Assembly (NCBI GenBank): GCA_016935985.1
Contig: JAFGPW010000002.1
Location: 65,991-129,990 of the forward strand
Length of the DNA: 64,000 nt
From: Candidatus Woesearchaeota archaeon
GTDB taxonomy: Archaea > Nanobdellota > Nanobdellia > Woesearchaeales > JAFGPW01
Reading direction: 5' to 3'
In this document: positions 17,913 to 26,946 of the stretch, piece by piece
Numbering within the stretch: the stretch's first letter is position 1
How the letters are laid out: every line of letters starts with the position of its first letter
Notes under the pieces: model-generated
What the model was told of the DNA's origin: nothing
Databases searched by the model: none
What the model saw: the letters and a program-made list of their open reading frames with translations, nothing else
Made by a program: the position numbers and the translations under genes

Positions 17913-19675
17913 CTCTTCCTCAACTCGCCGACCCGCGTCGCGTCCTTCGCGTACTTGCCCTGACGGATGTCCTTCTCCAGGCTCGCGTACAGCCCCTCGC
18001 GGGTGATGCCGATCGCCTCGCGCTGGAGGTTTCCGTACGACCTCTCGCGTGCGTCCCGGATGACGCGATGGGTGAACTCGATGCCGCTCCCATTCTGCCG
18101 CGCCTCGACCGCGAGGTTCATGCTGTGCGGCAGCTCGCCGGTCTCGACGGCGTCGGCTATCTCCTGCTTGTGCGTGGTGAAGTAGGCGGTGATGCCCTTC
18201 ATGACCAGGTGCTCGAGCACGATCTTCGTCGCCTCCACCGACTCAACATGGTCGGTGCCGTTCGCGAACTCGTCGAAGAAGACGACTGAGTAAGGGGTGG
18301 ATGCGTGGTTGCCGTTGCTCGGGTTCGTGAACTCCTTCACGCGCTTGAGCTCGGTGAGGTACAGGCCGGTGCCCTGTTCAGTGTCGTCCTGGTAGGTGTA
18401 GGAGGTGAAGATGCCGTCGATGGTCGAGAGCTCGGCCTTCTCCGCCGGCAGCCACATCCCGATATGGCTCAGCCAGTACGCCTGGCCGACGTGCCGGATG
18501 TAGGTGGTCTTTCCCCCGTTGTTGGGGCCGGTCACCACGAAGACGTTCCGGTCCTTGTCTGAGATGATGTCGTTCGTGACGACATCCTCCGCCTCGAGCG
18601 CCTTCATAAGCGTTGTGTTGTAGCCTCCTTCGATGACGGTCCGCTTCTCCTCCATCGGGAGGAACGTCGGTCGGGTCACCGGGACGCCGCGCTCCGCCCA
18701 CTCCCGCTGCACCTTCGCCGCGCCGATGAGGAAGCCGAGCGTCTGCATCGAGTCGTGCAGCTCCGCCTCGGGAAGCTTGGCGTAGACCGCCTCGTTGATG
18801 AGGTCGAGCCAGTAGTCGGTCAGCTGGTGGTAGCCACTGTTGTGCGTGCGCTGGAAGTTGTCGAGGCCTCCCTCGAACACGAACAGAATCTTGTTGTAGA
18901 AACCCTTCCTCTCCTCGAGCGTCTTCTTGAGATTCACGCCCTCTGCCTCGTTGTTGAGGAATCCCTCGAACCGCTCCTCGTCGAGGAGCCTGCCCGTTAT
19001 CTCGATCATCTTCTCTGCGGTCGCATAGAGGTGCCGGCGGTTCTCGACCGACTCGAGGTCCCCATGTCCGAGATCGCACCGCATCTTCGCCGTCGCGTTC
19101 CCCAGGTCGTACTCGCGGTAGAGGGCATTCATGAACTCCTTGACCTTCTGGAAACCCTCATCCGCCGCGAACCGTGCGCCGAAATCCTGGATGCTTGTCA
19201 GGTAGGCGCTCTTGGCCTGTGTGGGAGCGGTGATCGCCTCGATGAGATTGACCAGGAGGTTCGCCCTCTCGAGCCTCTGCACATGCTCATCGCGCATATC
19301 GTGGGAGAAGTGCTTGTCATGCTGGAACCGGTCGCCGGCGAGCTTGACCTCCTGCGCCCACTCCGCGAGCACCTTGTCCTCCATGAGCTCGCCGATCGCC
19401 TCCTGGCGCTCGACGAGGACGGCAGTGTCGTTCGTGGGGTTGAGGAAGATGTGCTCGTTGTATTGCTGCTGCTCATTGCCGACGCCCCATGAATGGGCGC
19501 CATCGTCCACTTTCCTATGGACGACCTCGATCTCGAGGTCCTCGTAGGCCGGTGCGTTGTAGCCGACGTTCCCTTCCGTCCGCACTTCTATCATAAGGCC
19601 GAAGCTTTCGTCGCGCTCCTTGAACCGCTTGAGATACTGGTTGAAGTATTCCTTCGTCTTTGTGACAAGATCCAT
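17909..19675 (-). CDS. MutS-family ABC ATPase (domain V only, no mismatch-binding domain)
   Basis: 588 aa. Walker A VVTGPNNGGKTTYIRHVGQ, Walker B VVFFDEFANGT, THKQEI His-loop, ABC signature STFLTEL-like region. Confidence 0.8.
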   Translation of the reverse strand: MDLVTKTKEYFNQYLKRFKERDESFGLMIEVRTEGNVGYNAPAYEDLEIEVVHRKVDDGAHSWGVGNEQQQYNEHIFLNPTNDTAVLVERQEAIGELMEDKVLAEWAQEVKLAGDRFQHDKHFSHDMRDEHVQRLERANLLVNLIEAITAPTQAKSAYLTSIQDFGARFAADEGFQKVKEFMNALYREYDLGNATAKMRCDLGHGDLESVENRRHLYATAEKMIEITGRLLDEERFEGFLNNEAEGVNLKKTLEERKGFYNKILFVFEGGLDNFQRTHNSGYHQLTDYWLDLINEAVYAKLPEAELHDSMQTLGFLIGAAKVQREWAERGVPVTRPTFLPMEEKRTVIEGGYNTTLMKALEAEDVVTNDIISDKDRNVFVVTGPNNGGKTTYIRHVGQAYWLSHIGMWLPAEKAELSTIDGIFTSYTYQDDTEQGTGLYLTELKRVKEFTNPSNGNHASTPYSVVFFDEFANGTDHVESVEATKIVLEHLVMKGITAYFTTHKQEIADAVETGELPHSMNLAVEARQNGSGIEFTHRVIRDARERSYGNLQREAIGITREGLYASLEKDIRQGKYAKDATRVGELRKR

Positions 19676-19696
19676 GATCGTTCACCTTCGTCCTGT

Positions 19697-19837
19697 TCAG
19701 TCCGCCTGCTTCATCTGCGCGATCGCGCGCTCGAGGATGTCGACCGCCGGGTAGTCGAACCTGCGCTTGCAGCGCGGGCACGCCTTCGGCGTCTTCACCC
19801 TCGTCATCCAAGTATAGTCGCAAAAGTCGCATCTCAT
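19697..19837 (-). CDS. small C4 zinc-ribbon protein (MRCDFCDYTW...CPRCKRRF...), 46 aa
   Basis: Not in the ORF track (<60 aa). GC3-rich codons. CxxC-N15-CxxC. Lies between a 131-aa gene and the MutS-like gene on the same strand. Confidence 0.4.
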   Translation of the reverse strand: MRCDFCDYTWMTRVKTPKACPRCKRRFDYPAVDILERAIAQMKQAD

Positions 19838-19843
19838 GTCGTA

Positions 19844-20239
19844 TCACCTTCCCTTCTGTTTTATGAGATTGCAGTACTCGTCGATCGCCGCGAACACCTT
19901 CGGCACGTCGTCGAGCAGCCGCGGCTTCGCGAGGAAGATCTCCCAGGCCTCGTACCCGGGCGCGTGCCTGCCGGAAAGCGAGAATATGCCGATGCCCTTC
20001 CCTTCGTACACCAGCACCAAGCCATTGTCCGTCCAGTTGGTGACCGGCGAGTCGGCGATACCCTGCATACTGATGGTGGAACGCATGGCAGCATTCATCT
20101 CATGCCTGTGGTCTGCCCCCGCATCAGGGACGCCGAGGATCTCATATTTCGCCTCCAGCGTGTAGAACAGGCCGCCGTGCTCCATCACGAAGCACGTGAG
20201 GTTCCTGTTCTCCCGCGCGAGCTTCTCAAGGTCGTGCAT
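19844..20239 (-). CDS. hypothetical protein, first gene of the MutS-like operon
   Basis: 131 aa; HRHEMN / MEHGG motifs (possible metal site); no confident family. Confidence 0.5.
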   Translation of the reverse strand: MHDLEKLARENRNLTCFVMEHGGLFYTLEAKYEILGVPDAGADHRHEMNAAMRSTISMQGIADSPVTNWTDNGLVLVYEGKGIGIFSLSGRHAPGYEAWEIFLAKPRLLDDVPKVFAAIDEYCNLIKQKGR

Positions 20240-20245
20240 CTCTCA

Positions 20246-21328
20246 TCACCTCAGCGTGTAGTCGAGCGTGATCCACGCGTCCGCCTGCCTGGTGCGGGCG
20301 TTGTAGTTCGCCTCGACCTTCGCGTCGAGGTCGCCGACGCTCGTGGTCGTGTAGTAGGACGCGACAAGGCCGGTGTCGGTGGTCTTCCCGGTCCACTGCG
20401 TCTCGGCGCCGAGGCCGATCATGCCCACGGCGGTCTGCACGCCGGGCAGCGCCTTGACGGTCATCGAGCCGTCGTCGCCGGAAAGGTCGAGCCCGAGCGA
20501 GTACGTGCCCTTCGTCATCGGCGGCGGGAGGTGGGTGTCGTAGAAGGACGGCACGGTGAAGATGCGTGCGACGTTGTGGGCGTTCTTCGTCGTGTAGAAC
20601 CCCTCCTGCTTCTTCCCCGCGCCGATCCGGTTCTTGATGTGCCAGACACCGGTCTCGCGGTCATGCTTGTACCAGGTGAGCGTCCCGAGCGCGTCGCTCC
20701 CCGTGTAGAACGCGAAGACGCTCGTCGCGTTGATGGTATTCCCAATCGAGAGGAACGCGTCGTCGGTGGATCCCGCGACGAAGCCGAAGAGCCTATTCCT
20801 CTCCTCGCCGGTCGCGCGGTCCTTCGCCATGAGCGCCGCGTCGGCGTAGAGCGTGAGCGGTCCCGCCTTCACGCCCTCGAGCATGCCGTAGACATAGCTC
20901 CTGCCCGGGCCGTGCTGCTGCACGCTCATGCCGTAGTCGAGAGCGGCGGTCGCGTCGCCGACAGGCAGGCGTATCCAGGAGAAGCCCCATGTCTCGTCGT
21001 TCCCGTCGTAGTTGCCGAGGTTGACCACCGCGAGGTTCATGCTGCGCCTGCCGTCGGAGAGCACGTCCATGACGTAGAGGCCGGCCTTGTCGATCGTCCG
21101 GTCGCCCTTCGCCAGGTCGAAGCCGGCGTCGTATCGGAGCTGCACCTTGTCGCCGGTCACCCAGACGCGCTGGTACGGGAGCCCTTCCTTCTTCTCATTC
21201 TCTACGAACGAGGTCTCGCTATGCACCCTGTCGAGCACCGGCTTCGCTTCCGTCTGCGCCTGCGCGCCGGTGGCGATCGTATACACTGCCGCTGCGGTGA
21301 GCAGCGCCTTCTTGAGCATGTTCATCAT
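20246..21328 (-). CDS. secreted beta-rich protein with N-terminal signal peptide
   Basis: MMNMLKKALLTAAAVYTIATGAQAQ signal peptide. G/T/S/Y-rich alternating pattern suggests beta-sheet or beta-barrel-like structure. Confidence 0.55.
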   Translation of the reverse strand: MMNMLKKALLTAAAVYTIATGAQAQTEAKPVLDRVHSETSFVENEKKEGLPYQRVWVTGDKVQLRYDAGFDLAKGDRTIDKAGLYVMDVLSDGRRSMNLAVVNLGNYDGNDETWGFSWIRLPVGDATAALDYGMSVQQHGPGRSYVYGMLEGVKAGPLTLYADAALMAKDRATGEERNRLFGFVAGSTDDAFLSIGNTINATSVFAFYTGSDALGTLTWYKHDRETGVWHIKNRIGAGKKQEGFYTTKNAHNVARIFTVPSFYDTHLPPPMTKGTYSLGLDLSGDDGSMTVKALPGVQTAVGMIGLGAETQWTGKTTDTGLVASYYTTTSVGDLDAKVEANYNARTRQADAWITLDYTLR

Positions 21329-21466
21329 CGTATCACCTGGTATGATTATTACTACCCGGTAGGTACAATGAAAGAAGTATAAACCTTACGTATAAACTAT
21401 ATATATTTAATTTTATGTTTAAACAAATCGATAGGTTTATATATAAATAAACCCCTTAGGCATGCC

Positions 21467-22387
21467 ATGAGACGCAGACTCATCAGGCAGGGGCAGACCA
21501 CGCTCATGGTGAGCATCCCCGCCCGCTGGGCGAAGGCGAGGAACCTCGGCAAGGGAGCCGAGGTCGAGATAGCGGAGAAGGAGGGCGACCTCATCATCAG
21601 CGCGGAGGGGAAGGACATCAAGCGTGAGGCTGCCTTCTCGCTCGCGAGCGCCCAGGAAACGTCGGTCCGCACCGCAGTCACGAACGCCTACCGGCTCGGC
21701 TTCGACCGGGTGACGATCGACCTCACCGGCGAAACGCAGTTCCCCATCGTGCAGAAGACCGTCCGGGACCTCCTGCCCGGCTTCGATGTCGTATCGCATG
21801 GGGAAGGGCGCTGCATCATCGAGAACATCACCGAGCCGTCGGCCGAACGGGCGGATGCGGTGTTCAGGAAGATCCTCTATAGCATCGAGGAGATCTACTC
21901 GCTCGTGCGGAGGCATCTCCAAGGGAGCGACGTCACCGCCGGGATCCTCGAGGTCGAGGCGACGATCCAGCGCTACGACAACTTCTGCAGGCGGATCGCG
22001 TCGAAGTCAGCGGATCCGTCGGAACCGACGCAGCTCCTCTGGGCCTTCTACACCGGGCTCGTCCACGGCCAGCGCGAGGTCTTCCTCCTCGTCAAGCGGC
22101 CCGCGAAGGCATCACAGGAGACGCTCGCGCTCTTCGATGGCATGAGCAAGCTCTTCGTGATGCTGAAAGAGGGCTATATCAAGAAGGACCTCTCGCTCCT
22201 GGAGCGCATCCATGAGGAGGAGAAGCGGCTCGTCTACGAGGAGGGGTATCCCCTGCTCGAGAGGAAGCGCGGCGAGGAGTCGGTGCTCCTCTTCCGCATC
22301 ATCGCGGCTGTACGGTTCCTGTACCTGGCTTCAAGCCCGCTGATCGGCCTCCTGCTGTGGCGGTCGCGGCAGGACGCTCCGGCATGA
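21467..22387 (+). CDS. PhoU-like phosphate-uptake regulator with N-terminal AbrB/SpoVT-type DNA-binding domain
   Basis: N-terminal LIRQGQTTLMVSIPARWAKARNLGKGAEVEI swapped-hairpin motif; helical C-terminal domain typical of archaeal PhoU homologs. Confidence 0.6.
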   Translation: MRRRLIRQGQTTLMVSIPARWAKARNLGKGAEVEIAEKEGDLIISAEGKDIKREAAFSLASAQETSVRTAVTNAYRLGFDRVTIDLTGETQFPIVQKTVRDLLPGFDVVSHGEGRCIIENITEPSAERADAVFRKILYSIEEIYSLVRRHLQGSDVTAGILEVEATIQRYDNFCRRIASKSADPSEPTQLLWAFYTGLVHGQREVFLLVKRPAKASQETLALFDGMSKLFVMLKEGYIKKDLSLLERIHEEEKRLVYEEGYPLLERKRGEESVLLFRIIAAVRFLYLASSPLIGLLLWRSRQDAPA

Positions 22388-24347
22388 CGACCTGATAGTG
22401 CGTCGTGCGGTACTCAGGGCTGTACGTGAGGTTCGGGATGAGCTTCGGCATCCGGTCCCAGCGGACCTTCCCTTCCTCATCCGTCATCTCATAGAGCGCG
22501 ATCGCATCGTCGATGAGGCGCTGCTTCTCGGCCGGAAGGTAGCGGTAGTAGCCCTCGTTGACCGTGAACGCTCCCTTGGTGGTGTCATCCACCACGATGT
22601 ACGGCAGGTACCTGACATCGCCGCTCCGCTGCATCGCGGGAGCGATCTCGGTCTCGAAGTCGCAGAAGTACCGGACGATCGTCTCGACGACGTCGCGGTC
22701 AGGGTCCATGCAGAGCTTCATGTACTTCGTCGCGAAGGCGGACTGCACGTTGATGTTATCGTCGTCGGCGGCCATGCCGTGCGTGAGCTCGTCGGCGTAC
22801 CTGACGAAGATCCGGGGGACGAGCATCTGCGGCGTGCGCGCCTTCCGGTAGCTCTCGGGGAGGTCCTCCTTGTCCGCGATATAGGCCGCCCGCAGGACCG
22901 AGAGCATGAGGCGCCGATCCATGCCATGGATGCTCTCGACGAAGTTCCCGAGGTCCTCGAACACGCCCTCGAGACCATGCCGTCCGGCATCCTTGCCGTA
23001 CTGGCGCGAAACGTCCTCATAGCGTTCCCTGAGCAATTTCGCATCGTCGGCGATCACGCTCCACATGTACCTGCGCTCAGGGTCGCTGAGGTTCTGCCTG
23101 CTCCATTCCATGTAGCGCTCGTTCCGCATGACCTCGAAGAGAGACGGGCGCGGCTCCTTCTGGTTGCCGGTCCAGATGCTCCCCATGACGACGAGCCCGA
23201 AGACGCCGACGCCGGCGGCGACTCCTGCCGCCATCCTGAGAGACTCCTTCGCCTTGTTGAGCCAGTCGGCGGTCGTCGGCCTGCGGGTCTTCTCGAGGTC
23301 TGATATCAGCTGATCGATGCTCCAATACCCCTTGTCGCCGTCGAGGGTGAGCCCTTTGCGGATGATGGTGCGGTACTGGCGCGGCACCCTCCGCGCCGCG
23401 CGCTCGACCTCCTGCTCGTGGATCGCGTGGTCAATCGAGCCGATCGGCTCATCGCCTTTCAGGAGCGTGACGAAATAGTTGATGCCGCCGACCGTCCTGG
23501 TGACCCCCTTCTCTCCTGTCTTCAGCGTGTACTCTATCGGCGACTCGCCGACAAGCGCGTAGTACATGGTCGCGACTATCGAATAGATCTCGGTCCTGAG
23601 GTCGGCCTTCGCCTCCTTGCCCAGCATCAGCGCATTGATGAGCGTCGGGTGGGTGAACGGCGTGCCGCCGCGCGTCGGGTAGAACTCATGCTCGATCTCC
23701 TCGATCCGCTTGCAGTTCTGCAGGTCGATGATCTTGACGAGGTCCTGGTCGTTGACGAGCATGTTCGACGGCTTGTGGTCGCGGTGCAGGATGCCGTTGT
23801 CGACGAGATGCTTCGCTCCCTCGATGTACTGCCTAAAGATTTGGTAGAACCGGTCGGTGTCGCGTATCGGCCCTGACTGCTTGACGAGCGATTCGAGCGA
23901 TTTCGCGTTCTTGAAGTACTGCTCGGCCACGATGTCGGTCCCCTCGAACTCGAGATGCTCGACCACGTCGATGATGTTCGGGTGCGAGAGGACGCTCCCG
24001 AAGTGCACCTCGTTCTGGTAGACATTGCCCTTCGAGAGGTTGAGGATCGTGGTGAAGGACGAGCCGGGAATCTCGGCGAGCGGGATCTTGAGCACGCGCA
24101 GCGCGTTGTACTTGCCTGAGGCGTAGTTCGCCAGGTACACCTTGCTCGTGTGCCCTTCCTCCTTCCCGAGCTCGCCGTCATCGATGAGCGTATACCCTCT
24201 CAGGGTGAGGAACTCTATGAGCTCCTGCTTGAGGAACGGATGCGGCGCATGGGTGTCGTGCGCATGCCTGCCTGCTCTCTCTCTCCTCTCGAGCCGGGGG
24301 ATCGTCGCCTCGAGCGTCGTATGGTCCTCGAAGGGCTGGAATCTCAT
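22299..24347 (-). CDS. membrane-anchored eukaryotic-type Ser/Thr protein kinase with ~290-aa extracytoplasmic C-terminal domain
   Basis: HRDHKPSNML catalytic loop, kinase N-lobe motifs, TM helix AAGVAAGVGVFGLVVMGSIWTG. Confidence 0.85.
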   Translation of the reverse strand: MRFQPFEDHTTLEATIPRLERRERAGRHAHDTHAPHPFLKQELIEFLTLRGYTLIDDGELGKEEGHTSKVYLANYASGKYNALRVLKIPLAEIPGSSFTTILNLSKGNVYQNEVHFGSVLSHPNIIDVVEHLEFEGTDIVAEQYFKNAKSLESLVKQSGPIRDTDRFYQIFRQYIEGAKHLVDNGILHRDHKPSNMLVNDQDLVKIIDLQNCKRIEEIEHEFYPTRGGTPFTHPTLINALMLGKEAKADLRTEIYSIVATMYYALVGESPIEYTLKTGEKGVTRTVGGINYFVTLLKGDEPIGSIDHAIHEQEVERAARRVPRQYRTIIRKGLTLDGDKGYWSIDQLISDLEKTRRPTTADWLNKAKESLRMAAGVAAGVGVFGLVVMGSIWTGNQKEPRPSLFEVMRNERYMEWSRQNLSDPERRYMWSVIADDAKLLRERYEDVSRQYGKDAGRHGLEGVFEDLGNFVESIHGMDRRLMLSVLRAAYIADKEDLPESYRKARTPQMLVPRIFVRYADELTHGMAADDDNINVQSAFATKYMKLCMDPDRDVVETIVRYFCDFETEIAPAMQRSGDVRYLPYIVVDDTTKGAFTVNEGYYRYLPAEKQRLIDDAIALYEMTDEEGKVRWDRMPKLIPNLTYSPEYRTTHYQVVMPERPAATATAGGRSAGLKPGTGTVQPR

Positions 24348-24746
24348 CTCGGCACCTCCGTGGCTGAGCGTATCGCCTGCTCGAAGGCGTGGCTGCGGTT
24401 CCTGAAGCGCCCGCTCCTGATGCCTTCACCTACCATGAGCAGGGTCTCCTCATCGACCGAGATAGAGATCTTATATTTCTTAACTACCATTTGGTAGCAA
24501 ATAGTACTACTACTATTTAAATATTTCTATAATTAATCACTTTTTAGGGACAAAAAATGGTGCCGGTGCCTCATCATCCCCCCTACCAGGAGAAACTCTG
24601 TCCTCCATCGACTGGAAAGATACAGATAGGTACTGGATAATCTTATTTAGATATCGCTCACTGGCCGGGCAGCTCGAGATCCCTTTCCTCCCTGCGCTTG
24701 ATCGCTATCGCGCCGCCGCGACCGTCGTCAGCACGGCTTCTGCGTA

Positions 24747-25103
24747 TCACCCGTGTCCGGCGCATGCCTCCTCATAGAGGGCGTCCCGCGCCTCTCCTGC
24801 CTGCCATGCATGGAGGATGTCGGCTGCCCGCTCTCCGAGGGAGACCATCACCCTGACCCCTGCCTTCCCGAAAACCGTCACCGCATTCCTTCCAAGGCCG
24901 TGGCAGAGCACCACATCCGGCCTGAGGGAAAGGCACTGCTCCGCCGGCGTCGCGCTGCCGCCATGATGGCGTCCCGCGTTCTCGACGGTCTCGATGACCC
25001 TCCCTTTCTCATCGACCACAGTGAACGAGCCGCACCTTCCGAGATGGCTTGCGACCGGAGCGTCTTCGCCGCCAGCTCCATCAGTCGGTATGAGTATCCT
25101 CAT
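24747..25103 (-). CDS. NifX/NifB-type dinitrogenase FeMo-cofactor-binding domain protein
   Basis: MRILIPTDGAGGEDAPVASHLGRCGSFTVVDE ... VVLCHGLGRNAVTVFGKAGVRVMV (PF02579 pattern). Confidence 0.75.
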   Translation of the reverse strand: MRILIPTDGAGGEDAPVASHLGRCGSFTVVDEKGRVIETVENAGRHHGGSATPAEQCLSLRPDVVLCHGLGRNAVTVFGKAGVRVMVSLGERAADILHAWQAGEARDALYEEACAGHG

Positions 25104-25467
25104 CTGGTCCTCCCCTCCATCCTCGTCGCCTCCGGTGGCCGTTCCCGTGTCGCCTGCCGGACATCGGCGGCTCGCCGGTCACGACGAACTCGCCTCCCCC
25201 GATACGCAGCGCCTTGCCGTTCACAAGAGCGTCGGCGACCTTCCCGTGGGCCGCCTGGAGCAGGCGATGGAAGGTCGGCTGGGATATCCCCATCTTCCCG
25301 GCAGCCTCCTCCTGATCGAGCCCCTCCAGGTCCTTGAGCCTGAGCGCTTCGAACTCGTCGACCGACAGTATGACCTCTCCCATCCCGCGCAACGGTATCC
25401 CCGCAGGCTTGAAATAGGTGACGTGAGGGTCCATCCCGATCCTCCTGCACCGTCGCGGCCGTGGCAT
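25081..25467 (-). CDS. DUF134 (UPF0251) predicted DNA-binding protein
   Basis: MPRPRRCRRIG ... YFKPAGIPL ... DEFEALRLKDLEGLDQEEAAGKMGISQPTFHRLL. Confidence 0.75.
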   Translation of the reverse strand: MPRPRRCRRIGMDPHVTYFKPAGIPLRGMGEVILSVDEFEALRLKDLEGLDQEEAAGKMGISQPTFHRLLQAAHGKVADALVNGKALRIGGGEFVVTGEPPMSGRRHGNGHRRRRGWRGGPDEDTHTD

Positions 25468-26015
25468 CACGCTCCCTCCTCGTCTGTTCCCGCATCGGTA
25501 TCGTCTTCGGAGGCATGTTCTCGCGGCGTCCCGTCGGACGCCCTGCCGGACTCTGTCCCTGACCCCTTGCCGATCCCCTGATACTCCTCGCATGCGGGAT
25601 TCCTTCCCTTCTGCGCCCGCACGCCCTTGCCTGAACCGTCCTGGGCAGGGATGCCATATCCGCTCCCGGACTCCTGCTCTTCATATGTCGCGGCGATGAG
25701 ATCCCCATCAATGTACTCCTTTTTAACAGTATCGATAGGCGTGCCTGGCCGGATGTTGATGATCCGTCTCCTCGCGTTCTCCGGTCCCTCCATCTCGCCG
25801 ATGACGATCGCCTCGCAGCCGTCATAGGACTCATCGACAAGGTCCTGGAGCTCACGGCCGGGATTGCCGGTCTGCGGGCGGTGTGGCCTGTTCCTCATCG
25901 TCCCGTCCCGATAGATTATCTCGAGGCTGTCGATGTCGCGCGCATGCCCGGCGACGACATAACCCTGCCTTCCTTGGCGAGCTCCGACGACGATGTAAGG
26001 CACTGTATCACCCAC
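25467..26015 (-). CDS. NifX-like domain protein with Gly/acidic-rich C-terminal tail
   Basis: YIVVGARQGRQGYVVAGHARDIDSLEII ... CEAIVIGEMEGPENARRRIINIRPG resembles the NifX fold. Tail GSGYG...GSGKG...GIGKGSG. Confidence 0.45.
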   Translation of the reverse strand: MGDTVPYIVVGARQGRQGYVVAGHARDIDSLEIIYRDGTMRNRPHRPQTGNPGRELQDLVDESYDGCEAIVIGEMEGPENARRRIINIRPGTPIDTVKKEYIDGDLIAATYEEQESGSGYGIPAQDGSGKGVRAQKGRNPACEEYQGIGKGSGTESGRASDGTPREHASEDDTDAGTDEEGA

Positions 26016-26529
26016 CGGTAACGCCTCCGAGCCGGTCGATCGCGAGGCCCTGGACGATGGCGAGCATGATGATCCCTGCTGAGAAGACGGCGGCGTACCA
26101 CGCGCCGAAATAGAGGATCATCACCGGCAGCAGAGCCGGCTTGACCGCGCGCGCGTAGAGGAAGCCGGCGATCCTGCCCTCGCTCACCCCCTCCCCCTTC
26201 GCATGGGCGAGCGCCGGGAACCAGGCATAGAGGGGCCCGGCGCTCACGATGCCGGAGAGCAGGATGAGCATCCATCCGCGCGCTCCCGAACCTGCGCCGA
26301 GCAGCCTTTTCAATGCTTTCGGGTCAAGCCATCGGTCGAGCGCCACCAGGATCGCGAAGACCATGGCAAAGGGCGGCAGGATGCGCAGGGCCATCCCTGC
26401 TGCCGTCTGTAACGCCTGCCCGAGCAGTTGCGGATCGGAAAGGCCGGTCACGGCATAGGCGCAGAGGACGACGCTCGCGAGGATGATGGTCGCATGTGGC
26501 CTTTTCCGCGACCAGGGCTGGGGTGTCAT
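26008..26529 (-). CDS. permease half-subunit (DUF318/ArsP-like two-component membrane permease)
   Basis: 173 aa with 4-5 TM; overlaps its partner by 4 nt. Confidence 0.55.
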   Translation of the reverse strand: MTPQPWSRKRPHATIILASVVLCAYAVTGLSDPQLLGQALQTAAGMALRILPPFAMVFAILVALDRWLDPKALKRLLGAGSGARGWMLILLSGIVSAGPLYAWFPALAHAKGEGVSEGRIAGFLYARAVKPALLPVMILYFGAWYAAVFSAGIIMLAIVQGLAIDRLGGVTGG

Positions 26530-26945
26530 AGGATCCCTCCAAGAAGGCCTATGAGGATGCCGCCGGCGAGCGAGAGGAGGAATGCGCCCGCGTTGCGCAT
26601 GAGGGCGAACCTTCTGCCGAGCGCTACGGCCTCGGCCGGCAGGGTGATGATCCCTACCGTCACCCAGGCGAGCATGAATGATGTGACCGCGATGATCCCG
26701 ATCCCCTTGCCGAGCATCTCGCCGCCGATGACATAGCTCGTCACCGGATTGCCGGCGAGAACGCTTCCGAGCGCGCTCCCGATGAGCGCGTCAGCGAATG
26801 GCTCGCCCCAGAAGAGCGAGACGAGCCGATCCCGGGGGATGATGGTGAGGAGCAGCGCTATCGCAAGCACCGTAAGGGCTGTGGGGACGAGCAGCCTGCC
26901 GAACTGCCGTCCGGCCCTCCTCGCTGACGCGAGGATGCGGTCCAT
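26526..26945 (-). CDS. permease half-subunit (DUF318/ArsP-like)
   Basis: 139 aa with 4 TM, Gly-rich helices. Confidence 0.55.
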   Translation of the reverse strand: MDRILASARRAGRQFGRLLVPTALTVLAIALLLTIIPRDRLVSLFWGEPFADALIGSALGSVLAGNPVTSYVIGGEMLGKGIGIIAVTSFMLAWVTVGIITLPAEAVALGRRFALMRNAGAFLLSLAGGILIGLLGGIL

Positions 26946-26946
26946 C

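Noticed and set aside
19515-19847. 110-aa minus-strand ORF
   Set aside because: Arg-rich and overlaps the end of the MutS-like gene. The in-frame 46-aa zinc-ribbon ORF in a different frame is preferred.
22398-23303. 301-aa plus-strand ORF and several others inside the kinase gene
   Set aside because: Antisense or alternative frames of the Ser/Thr kinase.
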